Part shown: positions 49,690-60,136 of the stretch, one piece after another
How positions within the stretch are numbered: the stretch's first letter is position 1
Layout of the letters: the number at the start of each line of letters is the position of its first letter
Assembly (NCBI GenBank): GCA_002328585.1
Contig: DCUV01000032.1
Span: 189,569-253,568 of the forward strand
Origin: Spirochaetia bacterium UBA2205
Lineage (GTDB): Bacteria > Spirochaetota > UBA4802 > UB4802
DNA length: 64,000 bases
Direction of reading: 5' to 3'
The notes under the pieces: model-generated
Database searches by the model: none
Seen by the model: the letters and a program-made list of their open reading frames with translations, nothing else
What the model was told of the DNA's origin: nothing
Translations under genes and position numbers: made by a program

Positions 49690-51246
49690 CTAAAACCATG
49701 CGGTTGCACCAAATTCACCTTTACCATTTTTTATGTGCGATAGCTCCGATAATAACCTCAATGACAGTTGACATAATCTGCTGCGATAACTTACCCGCAT
49801 AGCCAGATAAACGGCTGTACTGGAACAGGCTTCAGTTAGTATATTGCTGTTTGATAAGGGAAGCATTGCGCAGTACACCTTTTTACCATTACTGTTTACA
49901 TAGACAACACTCATGGCATGCTGTAGAGAACCCCACTGGACCCCATAGCCTGATCTGATATACCATGCTGAATCATCTCCCGTATATAGTCCGTATTTCA
50001 TATTCAGTGATACATTTTTTGTAACCATCCAATCCAGCCCTGTTTGATACCGCGAATCCTGCTGCTCTGCACCTTCTTTATACAATGTCATGAGGCGATA
50101 ATCCGTTTGTATCTGTAAGGATTGTATAGTAAACGTTGTCCTGATACAATGAAGTCGTTTATGAGGATATTCAGCATAATATGTTGATGGTACAAGATAG
50201 TTCTGGTCAATGTATGCCCATGAAAACAGCATCCACCTGATTGGTTTTATCTGAGCTGAATAATAATAAATATCACGTGGCGCATTACCGCCAAATGAAC
50301 TGCTGAATGGAGCATAGAAATATCGTTCTGTTTTTTGTATTATGCTGCGAAGTTGTATGCCTTTCTTTTTAACGGTAATCCCATACAGGTAAGCATTGTT
50401 GTATTGTGATGGTGAAGAGCTATTGCCTTTTACCTCTTTTTGTGCGATAGCCCACTCAGTAAATACTGTTAATATGTTATCCTGATATCTTCCATACAGG
50501 CTATACCCTCCAAACGACTGTAATGCTGTTCCATTCCCATTATCTTTATCAAATACTATTTTTGTATTCTCATGATATAATCCCGTATGGTAATAGCATC
50601 CCTGCACAACAACATATTCAAAGGGCTGCAACGTTACATTGGCAAAATAGGTGATAATATTAACTGGTTCGGAATATAATCCATCCTTGCTATCATGTGA
50701 AAGCAAACCACTAATACTGTAAGGATACAGCTTTTCCTCAACATCATCAGATCGCATAAATCGCTCCTGCAATGATGCTCCGATACGCAATCGTACCTGC
50801 GGCTTGTTTAATCTATCATAGAGTGATAGAACTATTCCATGCATCGCGTAGTCAGGGTTTCCGCTTTTACATAGTGATATCCCCGTTTCGCCGCTCCGTA
50901 CAGGGAATGAGTATGGATCAGGATTATAAACAGCAGGCTTACCCAGCAACAGCCCTGATGCATTATGGATAAAATAATATCCAGCTACTATTGCCGCATA
51001 TTCTCCTGTATTGCTAAAAGCCCATGTTGCCGTTGTTTTCCCATTATTTGTTTTTATCAGTGTTGCATAAACCTTTGCATAATCTGTTGTGACACTTATT
51101 GAGGAACGTAGATATCGTTGCGTATCAGCTTCATAATCCATGGCATCCTCTCTATATTCAACTGATACGGTACTCAACGCCACCACTGCATGAAAAAACA
51201 CCACCGTAAATACCATGCTTAACAGTGCAACTATTGTATTCCGCAT
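49690..51246 (-). CDS. large outer-membrane beta-barrel protein (hypothetical)
   Basis: Signal peptide. Aromatic-rich alternating strands throughout. The C-terminal ...ATAWF has the terminal Phe typical of OMP barrels. Confidence 0.5.
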   Translation of the reverse strand: MRNTIVALLSMVFTVVFFHAVVALSTVSVEYREDAMDYEADTQRYLRSSISVTTDYAKVYATLIKTNNGKTTATWAFSNTGEYAAIVAGYYFIHNASGLLLGKPAVYNPDPYSFPVRSGETGISLCKSGNPDYAMHGIVLSLYDRLNKPQVRLRIGASLQERFMRSDDVEEKLYPYSISGLLSHDSKDGLYSEPVNIITYFANVTLQPFEYVVVQGCYYHTGLYHENTKIVFDKDNGNGTALQSFGGYSLYGRYQDNILTVFTEWAIAQKEVKGNSSSPSQYNNAYLYGITVKKKGIQLRSIIQKTERYFYAPFSSSFGGNAPRDIYYYSAQIKPIRWMLFSWAYIDQNYLVPSTYYAEYPHKRLHCIRTTFTIQSLQIQTDYRLMTLYKEGAEQQDSRYQTGLDWMVTKNVSLNMKYGLYTGDDSAWYIRSGYGVQWGSLQHAMSVVYVNSNGKKVYCAMLPLSNSNILTEACSSTAVYLAMRVSYRSRLCQLSLRLLSELSHIKNGKGEFGATAWF

Positions 51247-52472
51247 GCAGCCCTGACCATTTTTTGCTGATAGGTATCAAGACTTCTATATAATGGCGAT
51301 TGCAGTATCCCCTGTATACCCGCCTTTTGATATTCCTCAGCCAGTACTATGGCAATATCCGACGGTATATCGGCAGCTAACATAGACTGAAAGAGCCTTT
51401 TTATTTTTTTATTCTGCTCTTCTTTTGATATATATGTTCTGCCTTGATATTTCTTATGGTAATCCTTTTTTTCGTCTTTGTCATCATCACAATAATTACA
51501 GGTAACCTCCTGCAATTGACGTATCTGCTGTGTTGTAAATCCCAGCTGATATAATGATCTTGTGCTGACGGCTCCAAACATCTCTCTAAATTTGATAATA
51601 CGCTGACACAAGACATCAGGTGCAATACCCAGAGCAATAAGCTCCTGTTGGCTGCATGTCTGTATATTGAGCTTTATTGCAGTATTTTGTTTATATTCAC
51701 TATGAGCCGGGAAAGCATATCCCGCGCTTGCATAGGTTATCCCAAATCTATGCGTGTTTCCCAGAAATGAATGATGCTGAAGCATATAGTAAAGAAGGAT
51801 ATTGCCCCATGCAACATTCACACCGGCTGAAGATAGTTCCAGTTCCTTACTATATCCAACCAGTACGCTTACATGCCTGGTTATATATCCGTTTATCCAT
51901 ATACATTGCTGTATATCCCCATCATAGGAAAGCGTATATTCAACAGCACATCCATCAAAAATATCAGCATTGCATGAAAATATTGTAGTTGGCGTAATAT
52001 ACTCATCATCGCCGTAATGCTGTATATTGTTGGTGAATAAAGTGCACGACAATCGTTCGAAGGGTGTTACCGTAGCCAGCAATCCATAATCAACACTATG
52101 TTTTGTTGCAGTAAACTCTTCAGTTTTTATTGAAAGAATATAGTCATGTACCCTGCAACCCACCTTTATCCAGTGAGCTATCGCCCAATCAAGCCCTGCG
52201 GATAGTGTATCCTCACGATACTCGGGTATGCCAAAATAATGCCACCGTATTCCACCTTCATATTCTTTCCCCTTGTAGGCAACATTTGAATTTGTTTCTT
52301 TAAGCTGAGGAAAGCCAAAAGGATTTGCATAGCTAAGGCTGCACACAAATGCAGGGTAGTTGCTGTACAATTTTCCCAATAACGGGTCCTGCACATGTAA
52401 CGGTAATGCTACTTTATATGCATTTTCAAACGCGCCTATAAGCATAGTTATTGTCAGCAGCAATGAACCCAT
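51231..52472 (-). CDS. beta-barrel domain protein with C-terminal ComEA-like helix-hairpin-helix DNA-binding domain
   Basis: N-terminal signal peptide, then about 280 aa of beta-strand-like alternation (IRWHYFGI, CIWINGYITRHVSVLVGYS, RFGITYASAGYAF). After that, QQELIALGIAPDVLCQRIIKFREMFGAVSTRSLYQLGFTTQQIRQLQE matches the ComEA HhH consensus. Confidence 0.55.
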   Translation of the reverse strand: MGSLLLTITMLIGAFENAYKVALPLHVQDPLLGKLYSNYPAFVCSLSYANPFGFPQLKETNSNVAYKGKEYEGGIRWHYFGIPEYREDTLSAGLDWAIAHWIKVGCRVHDYILSIKTEEFTATKHSVDYGLLATVTPFERLSCTLFTNNIQHYGDDEYITPTTIFSCNADIFDGCAVEYTLSYDGDIQQCIWINGYITRHVSVLVGYSKELELSSAGVNVAWGNILLYYMLQHHSFLGNTHRFGITYASAGYAFPAHSEYKQNTAIKLNIQTCSQQELIALGIAPDVLCQRIIKFREMFGAVSTRSLYQLGFTTQQIRQLQEVTCNYCDDDKDEKKDYHKKYQGRTYISKEEQNKKIKRLFQSMLAADIPSDIAIVLAEEYQKAGIQGILQSPLYRSLDTYQQKMVRAACGIQ

Positions 52473-53455
52473 TACTCAACCACGATGCAATAAAATTTTT
52501 TACTCTCGCAGTTGGCATTGTCCTGAGCCTCAGCAATACCAAGATATAACCCACAGGTAAGATGCTTGATAGTATTGGTCCAATCAACCAGCTGGAAACC
52601 AGGCAATGCGGCAATCAGTGGGCTTTCGTATATTTTGTAGCCTATAGAGGAAAACAGGCGTATCCTGAGCCTGCATGGCTGGACAGCAAAAACGGAAAGC
52701 TGCTGTATATTTTTTTTAGAAACAACTATCTTGCGTTTAATTTTTATGAATTCTGACCTTGAATGATTTATTGGCAAAATATTGGTGCGCCCTGCCGTTT
52801 GATATGATGTAATGACAAAATCGTTATGACCATTACTATCCACCCCGCTTTTGCGGATAATACTTTGATATTCCAAAATTCCGCTTTGACCAATATCAAC
52901 CATGCACTCTTCACTGGCAGAAGCACCTGCCCATTGATTATGTTGCATAGCGCTTTGAAGATATTGCCCAATTGATTGGTTAAGTGTACCATCCCTGTTG
53001 GAATAAGCCACAAAATCAATTATCCCGCCATTTGACGGCTCATCATCACTATCTATTGCTACCACACAATCGGTATTCCATAAACTGTTGATATAGTTAT
53101 TGCAATAGACATCAAGAACGCCATTGCTATTGGTATCTCCAGTAACATCACACTCATCTGTCACACCTGGTTTTGTAGGATGCACAACAACAAACCTGTC
53201 ATCCCATGGTGTTTCAACTCTATCATAGCTGTATATTGTCACAGGATATTGCGAAAGCGGTTCACTGGTTCCATAATACATGGTTACATACAGCGATGAA
53301 ATATCCAATGATAGCTTCTGCTCAGAGCAGCAAAACAGCTCAACCCAATCGCCCCCTGGTACATTGCAGGCTATTTCATTAATGAGCAGTTGTGGATAAC
53401 CAATAGAAGTGTGGAACAAACACACAATAACAATAATCCAGCGCATACAAATCAT
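52472..53455 (-). CDS. lamin-tail-domain (LTD) secreted protein
   Basis: Signal peptide followed directly by LLINEIACNVPGGDWVELF, the classic LTD N-terminal motif. Its stop overlaps the next start (TAATG). Confidence 0.65.
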   Translation of the reverse strand: MICMRWIIVIVCLFHTSIGYPQLLINEIACNVPGGDWVELFCCSEQKLSLDISSLYVTMYYGTSEPLSQYPVTIYSYDRVETPWDDRFVVVHPTKPGVTDECDVTGDTNSNGVLDVYCNNYINSLWNTDCVVAIDSDDEPSNGGIIDFVAYSNRDGTLNQSIGQYLQSAMQHNQWAGASASEECMVDIGQSGILEYQSIIRKSGVDSNGHNDFVITSYQTAGRTNILPINHSRSEFIKIKRKIVVSKKNIQQLSVFAVQPCRLRIRLFSSIGYKIYESPLIAALPGFQLVDWTNTIKHLTCGLYLGIAEAQDNANCESKKFYCIVVE

Positions 53456-53572
53456 CTCCTTTTTACAGGGTTTGTTTATTAATACGCCGGACTGTTAAAA
53501 AATTAAAAGAATGGGGGAATTTTTTTATTTTTTTACAAAAATTTTTTAAAATACCATCAATGCTTCAATTAA

Positions 53573-54244
53573 TTGCTTGACCAACTAAATTTAAATGGAA
53601 AAGTATTTGCCATGGTAAAGCTCGATAATCCTTATTCACAGTATCGCCCCACATGGAAGGTTTTTATTCCAATGGTTGTGATGTACCCGTTATTGAAAGT
53701 AGCGATGCAGTATGCGTATTTTTCTTTTTTATATCAGTATAGCATTGTGCTTTTATTGTTAATTGTCATTGCACAATATTGTGATAAAGGACTCTTTACA
53801 AAAGAGCGGATTTTTGTCTTTGACCTTCCTTTTGAACGGAAGATATTTTACCTCATGGTCATGGTCATTATCCTGATCCCTATCCGTAATATAGCCATAC
53901 AATTTACACAAAATCCTCAAACGTTACACTTCTATCAGGGGCAGATGCCATTGCTGGAGTCAATGCTTGTAATGGTAGCTATTATTGCGCCATGTGAAGA
54001 GCTTTTTTTCAGGGGATTTGTACAATACAACCTTAGCTTTTATTTTGGGAAATATGGGGCGATAGTTATTGGCGCATTATTCTATAGTTTGATAGGGGCA
54101 GCCGCACATTCACTATACCTTGCAGTCATCTTCTTCTTCATTGGCATAACGATAGGATATATCTACAGCAAGGTAAAATCACTGCTGCAATCTATATTTC
54201 TTCATGTCATAACCATTATTTTTATGTATATCTATCCCTTTTAA
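53573..54244 (+). CDS. CPBP-family intramembrane metalloprotease (CAAX protease-like)
   Basis: EELFFRG (motif 1) and FxxxH-like AAAHSLY. Multiple TM helices. Confidence 0.75.
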   Translation: MLDQLNLNGKVFAMVKLDNPYSQYRPTWKVFIPMVVMYPLLKVAMQYAYFSFLYQYSIVLLLLIVIAQYCDKGLFTKERIFVFDLPFERKIFYLMVMVIILIPIRNIAIQFTQNPQTLHFYQGQMPLLESMLVMVAIIAPCEELFFRGFVQYNLSFYFGKYGAIVIGALFYSLIGAAAHSLYLAVIFFFIGITIGYIYSKVKSLLQSIFLHVITIIFMYIYPF

Positions 54245-54387
54245 TTATCTATCTTTAAGCGCTCCTTCCATACACCGTCCCAGTTGTTGTTAACATCACA
54301 CGGTGCTTCATTTTTGCCAATTTTTGATATAATCAATAACACTATAATCGATGAAATGACCATTATAGTGACAAATATTGAATGCAT
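54241..54387 (-). CDS. small hydrophobic protein (48 aa), not in ORF track
   Basis: ATG at 54387 preceded by AAGGAG 7 nt upstream. N-terminal TM helix (IFVTIMVISSIIVLLII). Overlaps the CPBP stop by 4 nt. Confidence 0.35.
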   Translation of the reverse strand: MHSIFVTIMVISSIIVLLIISKIGKNEAPCDVNNNWDGVWKERLKIDN

Positions 54388-54512
54388 AGCAACACTCCTT
54401 TTAAGCAATAGCTATAAGTATTATCAATAGTTGTAGGATATCGTTAAAAATAAGGTTTTCCGTCAAGCTTTTTATAAAATTTTTGTTATAGTGGCAACGT
54501 TGTTGTGTTATA

Positions 54513-55265
54513 CTACATAATCGCCATTCTGTCAGTGGTGACAGCTATCCTTTTCTGGTAGATAGTACTTTTTAATGGTTCAACATTTGAAAAAGCTCTA
54601 TACAGATCTAATTCAAATTCAAGTCCTAACATAATTGATGTAGCTATATTGTGTGTTTTTGCACAATCAAAGACTAAATGGCGTGTATTTATTCTATCTG
54701 GCTGAATAGCCTTCTGAACCAGCTCAGCATTGTGTGGGTTGATCTGGCCACCAACAGAGGTAATCTTCCCGGCTATCCTGGAACATTGAACAATATGTGC
54801 TGTTACACAAATAACATCATCGTCATCAACAACTTTCTTCATTGATTGAGAAAGATCACTTCTTCCAACAGTAACCTGATTAATATATGAAAAGTATGGA
54901 TTGATACAGATTGCTGGAAGATTGTTATATGCAGTGATAGTTTCCACATTTATTGCTAAGTATGGCAAAGTACTATTGCCATAGATATCCATCATGGCCG
55001 AAACAAAATTTTCAAGTGCATATTCTGATTCAACCATTGGTGCTAAAATCCCATCAATGCCAATTGATTGACAGTAACGAATGTCATTTCGTGCTTCGGG
55101 TCCTCCTATTTTGACTATAACCGGTATATTGATAGCAATCTCCTTCATAAACAGTAACTCATTATATGTCATGTCTTCTACTTCTGTACCACCTTTCAAT
55201 GCTACAAGTCCATGGATATGTATTAATTCATCCAATTTTGCTTCTAATGTTTCAATGAGTTTCAT
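54513..55265 (-). CDS. HpcH/HpaI aldolase/citrate-lyase family protein
   Basis: TIM-barrel aldolase pattern (GIDGILAPMVESEYALENF, VGRSDLSQS). Confidence 0.55.
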   Translation of the reverse strand: MKLIETLEAKLDELIHIHGLVALKGGTEVEDMTYNELLFMKEIAINIPVIVKIGGPEARNDIRYCQSIGIDGILAPMVESEYALENFVSAMMDIYGNSTLPYLAINVETITAYNNLPAICINPYFSYINQVTVGRSDLSQSMKKVVDDDDVICVTAHIVQCSRIAGKITSVGGQINPHNAELVQKAIQPDRINTRHLVFDCAKTHNIATSIMLGLEFELDLYRAFSNVEPLKSTIYQKRIAVTTDRMAIM

Positions 55266-55491
55266 AATTACATTCTCCTTTCATAAGCAAGATGAAGGCA
55301 CCTTACTATCCAATCATACTATCGGCATGATACCTTTTTTCATGTATCATTTTCCATTGAAACGTTATGATGAGCATTATTTATGAACAAATATATAAAA
55401 CATCCTTGACAGAGTTGGGTGTTGATGATATATTATCATCAGACCATCTGATGATAAGTATTACAATACATTCATTTATGGAGAATCTAAT

Positions 55492-56475
55492 ATGATAAAA
55501 ATAGCTGAACTGTTACCCCCTCACCCATCAGCTCTGTGGCGTATGGTTAAACAATGTGGTATTGAGCATGTTGTAGGTGGCATGCAACTTTACGCTGGCT
55601 GGGAAACGATGCCAAAAGATTTTTGGCCATGGAGCTATAACTCGTTAGTGCATATAAAAACTATCTATGAAGATGCTGGTTTTAAGCTCCAGGTCATTGA
55701 GTCACGCCCGCCAATGGATGCAATAAAATTAGGGCTGCCAGACAGAGACAGGGAGATTGAAAATGTCATTATGCTTGTAAAAAATATGGGTGCACTGGGA
55801 ATTCCGGTGTGGTGTTACGAATGGATGCCTGTTTTTGGCTGGACACGTACTTCCACCACAACCCCTATACGCGGTGGTGCACTGGCTACCTCATACAACC
55901 ACGAATATATGGAGCATGCACCGTTAACGGAATATGGCATCGTCACTGAAGAGCAACTATGGAAAAATTTAGAATATTTTTTAAAGGCGGTAATCCCTGA
56001 AGCTGAAAAAGCACATGTTAAACTTGCCATGCACCCTGACGATCCACCCGTTTCGCCCATTCGGGGCGTTGCCCGTATTATGCGTTCTATTGATAATTTT
56101 CAAAAGCTTCTTGATCTATATCCAAGCCCGGTCAATGGTATTGCACTGTGCCAGGGAAATTTTGCTCTTATGACCGACAACCTCCCCCGGGTTATACATC
56201 ACTTTGGTAAACAGGGTAAGATATTCTTTGTACACTTCAGAAATGTAAAGGGTACACCCTATAAATTTACCGAAACCTTTCATGATGATGGCATGCTTGA
56301 TATGTACCAATGCATGAAAGCGTACTATGACACAGGCTTTGACGGTGTTATGCGCCCTGACCATGTCCCCACCATGGAAGGAGATAGCAACGAAAATCCA
56401 GCATATTCATCCATAGGGAGGCTTTTTGCTATTGGGTACATGAAAGGGCTTCTGGAAGCTGTCAGCAAGGCATAA
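55492..56475 (+). CDS. uxuA: mannonate dehydratase UxuA
   Basis: YEWMPVFGWTRT, LAMHPDDPP, FFVHFRNV, FHDDGMLDMY, RPDHVP and NPAYSSIGRL match conserved UxuA blocks. Confidence 0.85.
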   Translation: MIKIAELLPPHPSALWRMVKQCGIEHVVGGMQLYAGWETMPKDFWPWSYNSLVHIKTIYEDAGFKLQVIESRPPMDAIKLGLPDRDREIENVIMLVKNMGALGIPVWCYEWMPVFGWTRTSTTTPIRGGALATSYNHEYMEHAPLTEYGIVTEEQLWKNLEYFLKAVIPEAEKAHVKLAMHPDDPPVSPIRGVARIMRSIDNFQKLLDLYPSPVNGIALCQGNFALMTDNLPRVIHHFGKQGKIFFVHFRNVKGTPYKFTETFHDDGMLDMYQCMKAYYDTGFDGVMRPDHVPTMEGDSNENPAYSSIGRLFAIGYMKGLLEAVSKA

Positions 56476-56478
56476 TGT

Positions 56479-56859
56479 TTATGCTTTTCTTTTGGCTGTG
56501 TAGTCTTTGATATTGAGGATTACTGAAAAGCATAAACAAATAATAAAAACACCGGCTACGGTGATATCAGTTATGTGCGCATCGGGAGCATAGCCTGTTA
56601 TTTCATGGAGTAAAAACTGTATATACGAATTATATACAATAGGTTTTCCCAGTGCATTTCGCACCTGCCAGTGCCAGTCGGTACAAAAGCAATAGCCCCA
56701 GCCATACCATATACCCAGTACACACCATGAAAAAGCGGTTAAAAGCATCGTCACAAGGTGAATCTTCCGTGTCCTTGCAAACATCCACCCTGTTATATTG
56801 AAGAGTGTCAACAGGGTATGGAAGACTAAAAAAAATATATCAAGTGCATGGAGCATCAT
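56479..56859 (-). CDS. hypothetical membrane protein
   Basis: 126 aa, 4 predicted TM helices, Trp-rich. Confidence 0.45.
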   Translation of the reverse strand: MMLHALDIFFLVFHTLLTLFNITGWMFARTRKIHLVTMLLTAFSWCVLGIWYGWGYCFCTDWHWQVRNALGKPIVYNSYIQFLLHEITGYAPDAHITDITVAGVFIICLCFSVILNIKDYTAKRKA

Positions 56860-56948
56860 AGTGCATTAGTATGCATATCATCCTATCATGGTATATGAAG
56901 GCAACACCCTGTAGATTGGCAAATGCAGGGATACTATTGTCTCATTAT

Positions 56949-57977
56949 CTATCGCAGCAATCGGCTGCTTTTATTCTGTAGAATTGCCTCTACATCTGCT
57001 TTACCAACAATAAAATTATCACCATGAACGCTATGAGCCAGGCCACACAAGGCAAGTGCATTATCAACTGCTGTTTCAAGCGATTGCTGTTGTATCAATG
57101 AATAGATAAACCCTGCAGCAAGAGCATCCCCTGCACCAATACGGTCAACGATATGCGGCACCTCCACTGTTTTCATCGACACCTCTTTTTCTCGTGTTGC
57201 TGCTGCTGCGCCCACCGTTACTGCAGAAGCCGTAGCACCTTCTCTATAGGTTATCACAACCGCAGAAAGATTTGCATACGTATTAAAGAGTGCATGTATG
57301 GTGCTATGAATATCCTGTTTCTTTTCAGCATGGGGCAACAAAAAAAGCGCGAGATGCTCTTCATTCCCTATCAATATATTAATAGAGGGCATCAGCCGTA
57401 AAAATGCATCCCTGGCATCATTAACACTTTTCCATAGTGTCTGGCGATAGTTAATATCAAAAGAAACTATTCCCTTTTTTTCATTAACAATACTTGCTGC
57501 TTTAATGCTTTCTTCACAGATAGTATTTGAAAGCGCCAGGGTTATACCTGTTGTATGGAACCATGCATTGCTTGGGATTATTGCATTCCAATGAATATCT
57601 TCATGCTGTAATTGTGTAAATGCGCTGTTGTTTCTGTCATAGATAAGCCGTGAAGCCCTGGGCCCGGCACCCTGTTCATAAAAATACAATCCCATGCGTG
57701 TATCCGGTTTCATCACAATGTCATCAGTGATGACGCCAAACCCCTGTAAATAACGCTTTGCAGCATCACCTAGAACTGTATCAGGCAGAGCAGAAACAAT
57801 CCTGCATGGTATCCCCACCTGTGAAAGTATCACCGCACAGTTTGCCTCTGCTCCCCCAAAGTAAGCCTCAAACATATTTGTCTGAAACAGCCTGCTGTAG
57901 CCTGGAGGTGATAATCGCAGCAATACCTCGCCCCAGGCAATAAATTCAGTTATGGTAGTATTCTCTTTTTCCATCAT
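56949..57977 (-). CDS. kdgK: PfkB-family sugar kinase, 2-dehydro-3-deoxygluconokinase-like
   Basis: N-terminal GE.LLRLSPPG, FGGAEAN, and the C-terminal DRIGAGDALAAGFIY anion-hole motif. Lies next to uxuA. Confidence 0.7.
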   Translation of the reverse strand: MMEKENTTITEFIAWGEVLLRLSPPGYSRLFQTNMFEAYFGGAEANCAVILSQVGIPCRIVSALPDTVLGDAAKRYLQGFGVITDDIVMKPDTRMGLYFYEQGAGPRASRLIYDRNNSAFTQLQHEDIHWNAIIPSNAWFHTTGITLALSNTICEESIKAASIVNEKKGIVSFDINYRQTLWKSVNDARDAFLRLMPSINILIGNEEHLALFLLPHAEKKQDIHSTIHALFNTYANLSAVVITYREGATASAVTVGAAAATREKEVSMKTVEVPHIVDRIGAGDALAAGFIYSLIQQQSLETAVDNALALCGLAHSVHGDNFIVGKADVEAILQNKSSRLLR

Positions 57978-58048
57978 CCAGTTCCATCATCAGTAACTAT
58001 CGCCCATAATATTTTTTAGCTCATCATCAATGGGTATAGTTTATATAG

Positions 58049-59365
58049 TTACATTGAAAAATCTACCTTCATTATCACAGCATAGAAAAATAGTACAATA
58101 AAAAAAACAAAAAATAGCACCGACAGCACTCCTGTTATGGTAAGCAATTTTCCCGGGCGGTATATAGCTTCCAGATGCTTATGGCAGATATAGATACCAA
58201 GCCCTATGATCAATGGTAAAAAGATAGTATCAATAACTGCCGAGATTTGTAAAAGAATAACCGGCGCTGGAAATAGTACCGAGAAAAGAGCCGTTGACAG
58301 TACATATACAATCACAAACAGGCGGTAATAGTGTAACTTTGTATCATCCTTTTTACGACGCTGATACCATACTGAATTTGAAGCAACACGGCATAGCCCA
58401 TCAATGTTTGCAAGCAGGGTGCTGAACAGCGTACCAAAAATCCCCACCAAAAAGATTATCTCACCTATGCGTCCAAAGTTTTCGCCGGCAATCTGTGATA
58501 TCTGAAGAGCAAGCTTTTCACCCTGTGGCACCATTCCTTTGGGATGTAATATCACCGCACCTGCAATTAAAAACATCACGGTTAACAGCGCAGTGATAAT
58601 GGTGTTGATAGTTAAATCTATCTGATTAATTTTTATCCATTTTTTGATCCTGTTTTTATCTTCATCATTGTCTATTGTTCTATTACCCTTTCCCCGTGTG
58701 CTTCCTTCAACCCACAACGAATACCACACAACACCGATGGCACCGGCACCCGACCATCCTAAAAGCGGTACAAGCTCATGCATGGTATTAAATGGAGCTC
58801 GGGGGATTAAACCCTCTGCTATTTCCTTTGGATTGGGCGATGTTTTTGCCAGAGCATATATCAAAAATAAAACCATTATCAACACTAAAATTCTTGATGC
58901 ATTTTCCAGGGTAGTGTAGCTTCCCACATACAATAGTATACCAACAATGACGATTGAGCAAACTGTAGCTGCTTCCATTGAAATAGCAGGAAATATACCA
59001 TAAATACAGCTCCCCACCGACAGCGCAATCCCTGCCATCCCCGATACGCTTGCGATAAACACTATCCAGAATAAGACAATGATCCATCCTGTTTTTAATT
59101 TAAAAAGTTTAAAATCTAATTCTACCTGGGTAAACGCAATCAGCACATTTTCACCGGTTGCGATGGTATACCGTCCAGCCATTTCAAATATGGCATATTT
59201 CATAATCAGGGAAACAATAGGTGCCCACAACAGTAAATACCCAAAAAGTGCCCCTGCACGAGTGGCAAACACAAGCTCTGACACCCCGATGGCACTTGCT
59301 GACCATACAAGCCCCGGACCTAAAACCTTTAGTAATTGCTTCCCTTTCGGTGGATTCTCTATCAT
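58049..59365 (-). CDS. Nramp-related transporter lacking the DPGN metal-binding motif
   Basis: LGPGLVWSASAIGVSELVFATRAGALFGYLLLW...MKYAIFEMAGRYTIATGENVL follows the Nramp TM1-TM3 pattern, but AIGVSE replaces DPGN. About 11 TM helices. Confidence 0.5.
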   Translation of the reverse strand: MIENPPKGKQLLKVLGPGLVWSASAIGVSELVFATRAGALFGYLLLWAPIVSLIMKYAIFEMAGRYTIATGENVLIAFTQVELDFKLFKLKTGWIIVLFWIVFIASVSGMAGIALSVGSCIYGIFPAISMEAATVCSIVIVGILLYVGSYTTLENASRILVLIMVLFLIYALAKTSPNPKEIAEGLIPRAPFNTMHELVPLLGWSGAGAIGVVWYSLWVEGSTRGKGNRTIDNDEDKNRIKKWIKINQIDLTINTIITALLTVMFLIAGAVILHPKGMVPQGEKLALQISQIAGENFGRIGEIIFLVGIFGTLFSTLLANIDGLCRVASNSVWYQRRKKDDTKLHYYRLFVIVYVLSTALFSVLFPAPVILLQISAVIDTIFLPLIIGLGIYICHKHLEAIYRPGKLLTITGVLSVLFFVFFIVLFFYAVIMKVDFSM

Positions 59366-59428
59366 GGTAGTATCCCCCTTATAACGTTTTTAAAGACACA
59401 GAGATAGTATATTTTCCCCTGCCTTTGC

Positions 59429-60136
59429 CTATACCGTAACAGCTATTGCTTTCCCATGGGGCAATATAACTTTTTGTGCTTCCACATTCCATTGTTGCAA
59501 CGTTTCATCAACAAGATGCTTACCCTTAACCTGATAATGGATGGGGATAACAATGTTTGGCTTGCATTCCCTCACCAACTGCGCTGCCTGCTGAAGATCC
59601 ATCCCATCTTTTCCAATGATAGGATAGGTAGAGCATGCCACCTGCACCATGGCGATAGTTACTGTATAGGGGGTCAGAGCCTTTTTTAAGCTCTCCGTGT
59701 ACAGGGTATCCCCTGAAAAATACAGCACCATGCTATCCTTTTTGATAATGAACCCAACGGCATCCTTTGCCATAGGGTGAAAGGCTGGGACAGCAATGAC
59801 GGTAAATCCTTCACACTCAACAGACTGTCCTGGTGTCATAGCCTTTACCTTTGTTGCCTTATGCTTTACAGCCCTTTTCACTGCACTCGTTGAACCTATG
59901 ATTGGTATATTTCGTTTAACTGCAACATCGATAGCACGCTTACACCAGTGGTCAACATGGTTGTGCGAAACCAGCATATAATGAATTGGCATTATCGATT
60001 CGGGATCAACAGTTAAAGGAACTGCCCGCAACAATTCAAAAGAACCCCACCATGGATCGGTCATAACCATTATGCCATCAAGGTTAATACATACCGTCGC
60101 CTGCCCAATAAGGGTAAATTCAATCTTCATACCCAC
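59429..60136 (-). CDS. MBL-fold metallo-hydrolase (UlaG/lactonase-like)
   Basis: VSHNHVDHW and a downstream H/D ligand. Confidence 0.7.
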   Translation of the reverse strand: MGMKIEFTLIGQATVCINLDGIMVMTDPWWGSFELLRAVPLTVDPESIMPIHYMLVSHNHVDHWCKRAIDVAVKRNIPIIGSTSAVKRAVKHKATKVKAMTPGQSVECEGFTVIAVPAFHPMAKDAVGFIIKKDSMVLYFSGDTLYTESLKKALTPYTVTIAMVQVACSTYPIIGKDGMDLQQAAQLVRECKPNIVIPIHYQVKGKHLVDETLQQWNVEAQKVILPHGKAIAVTV

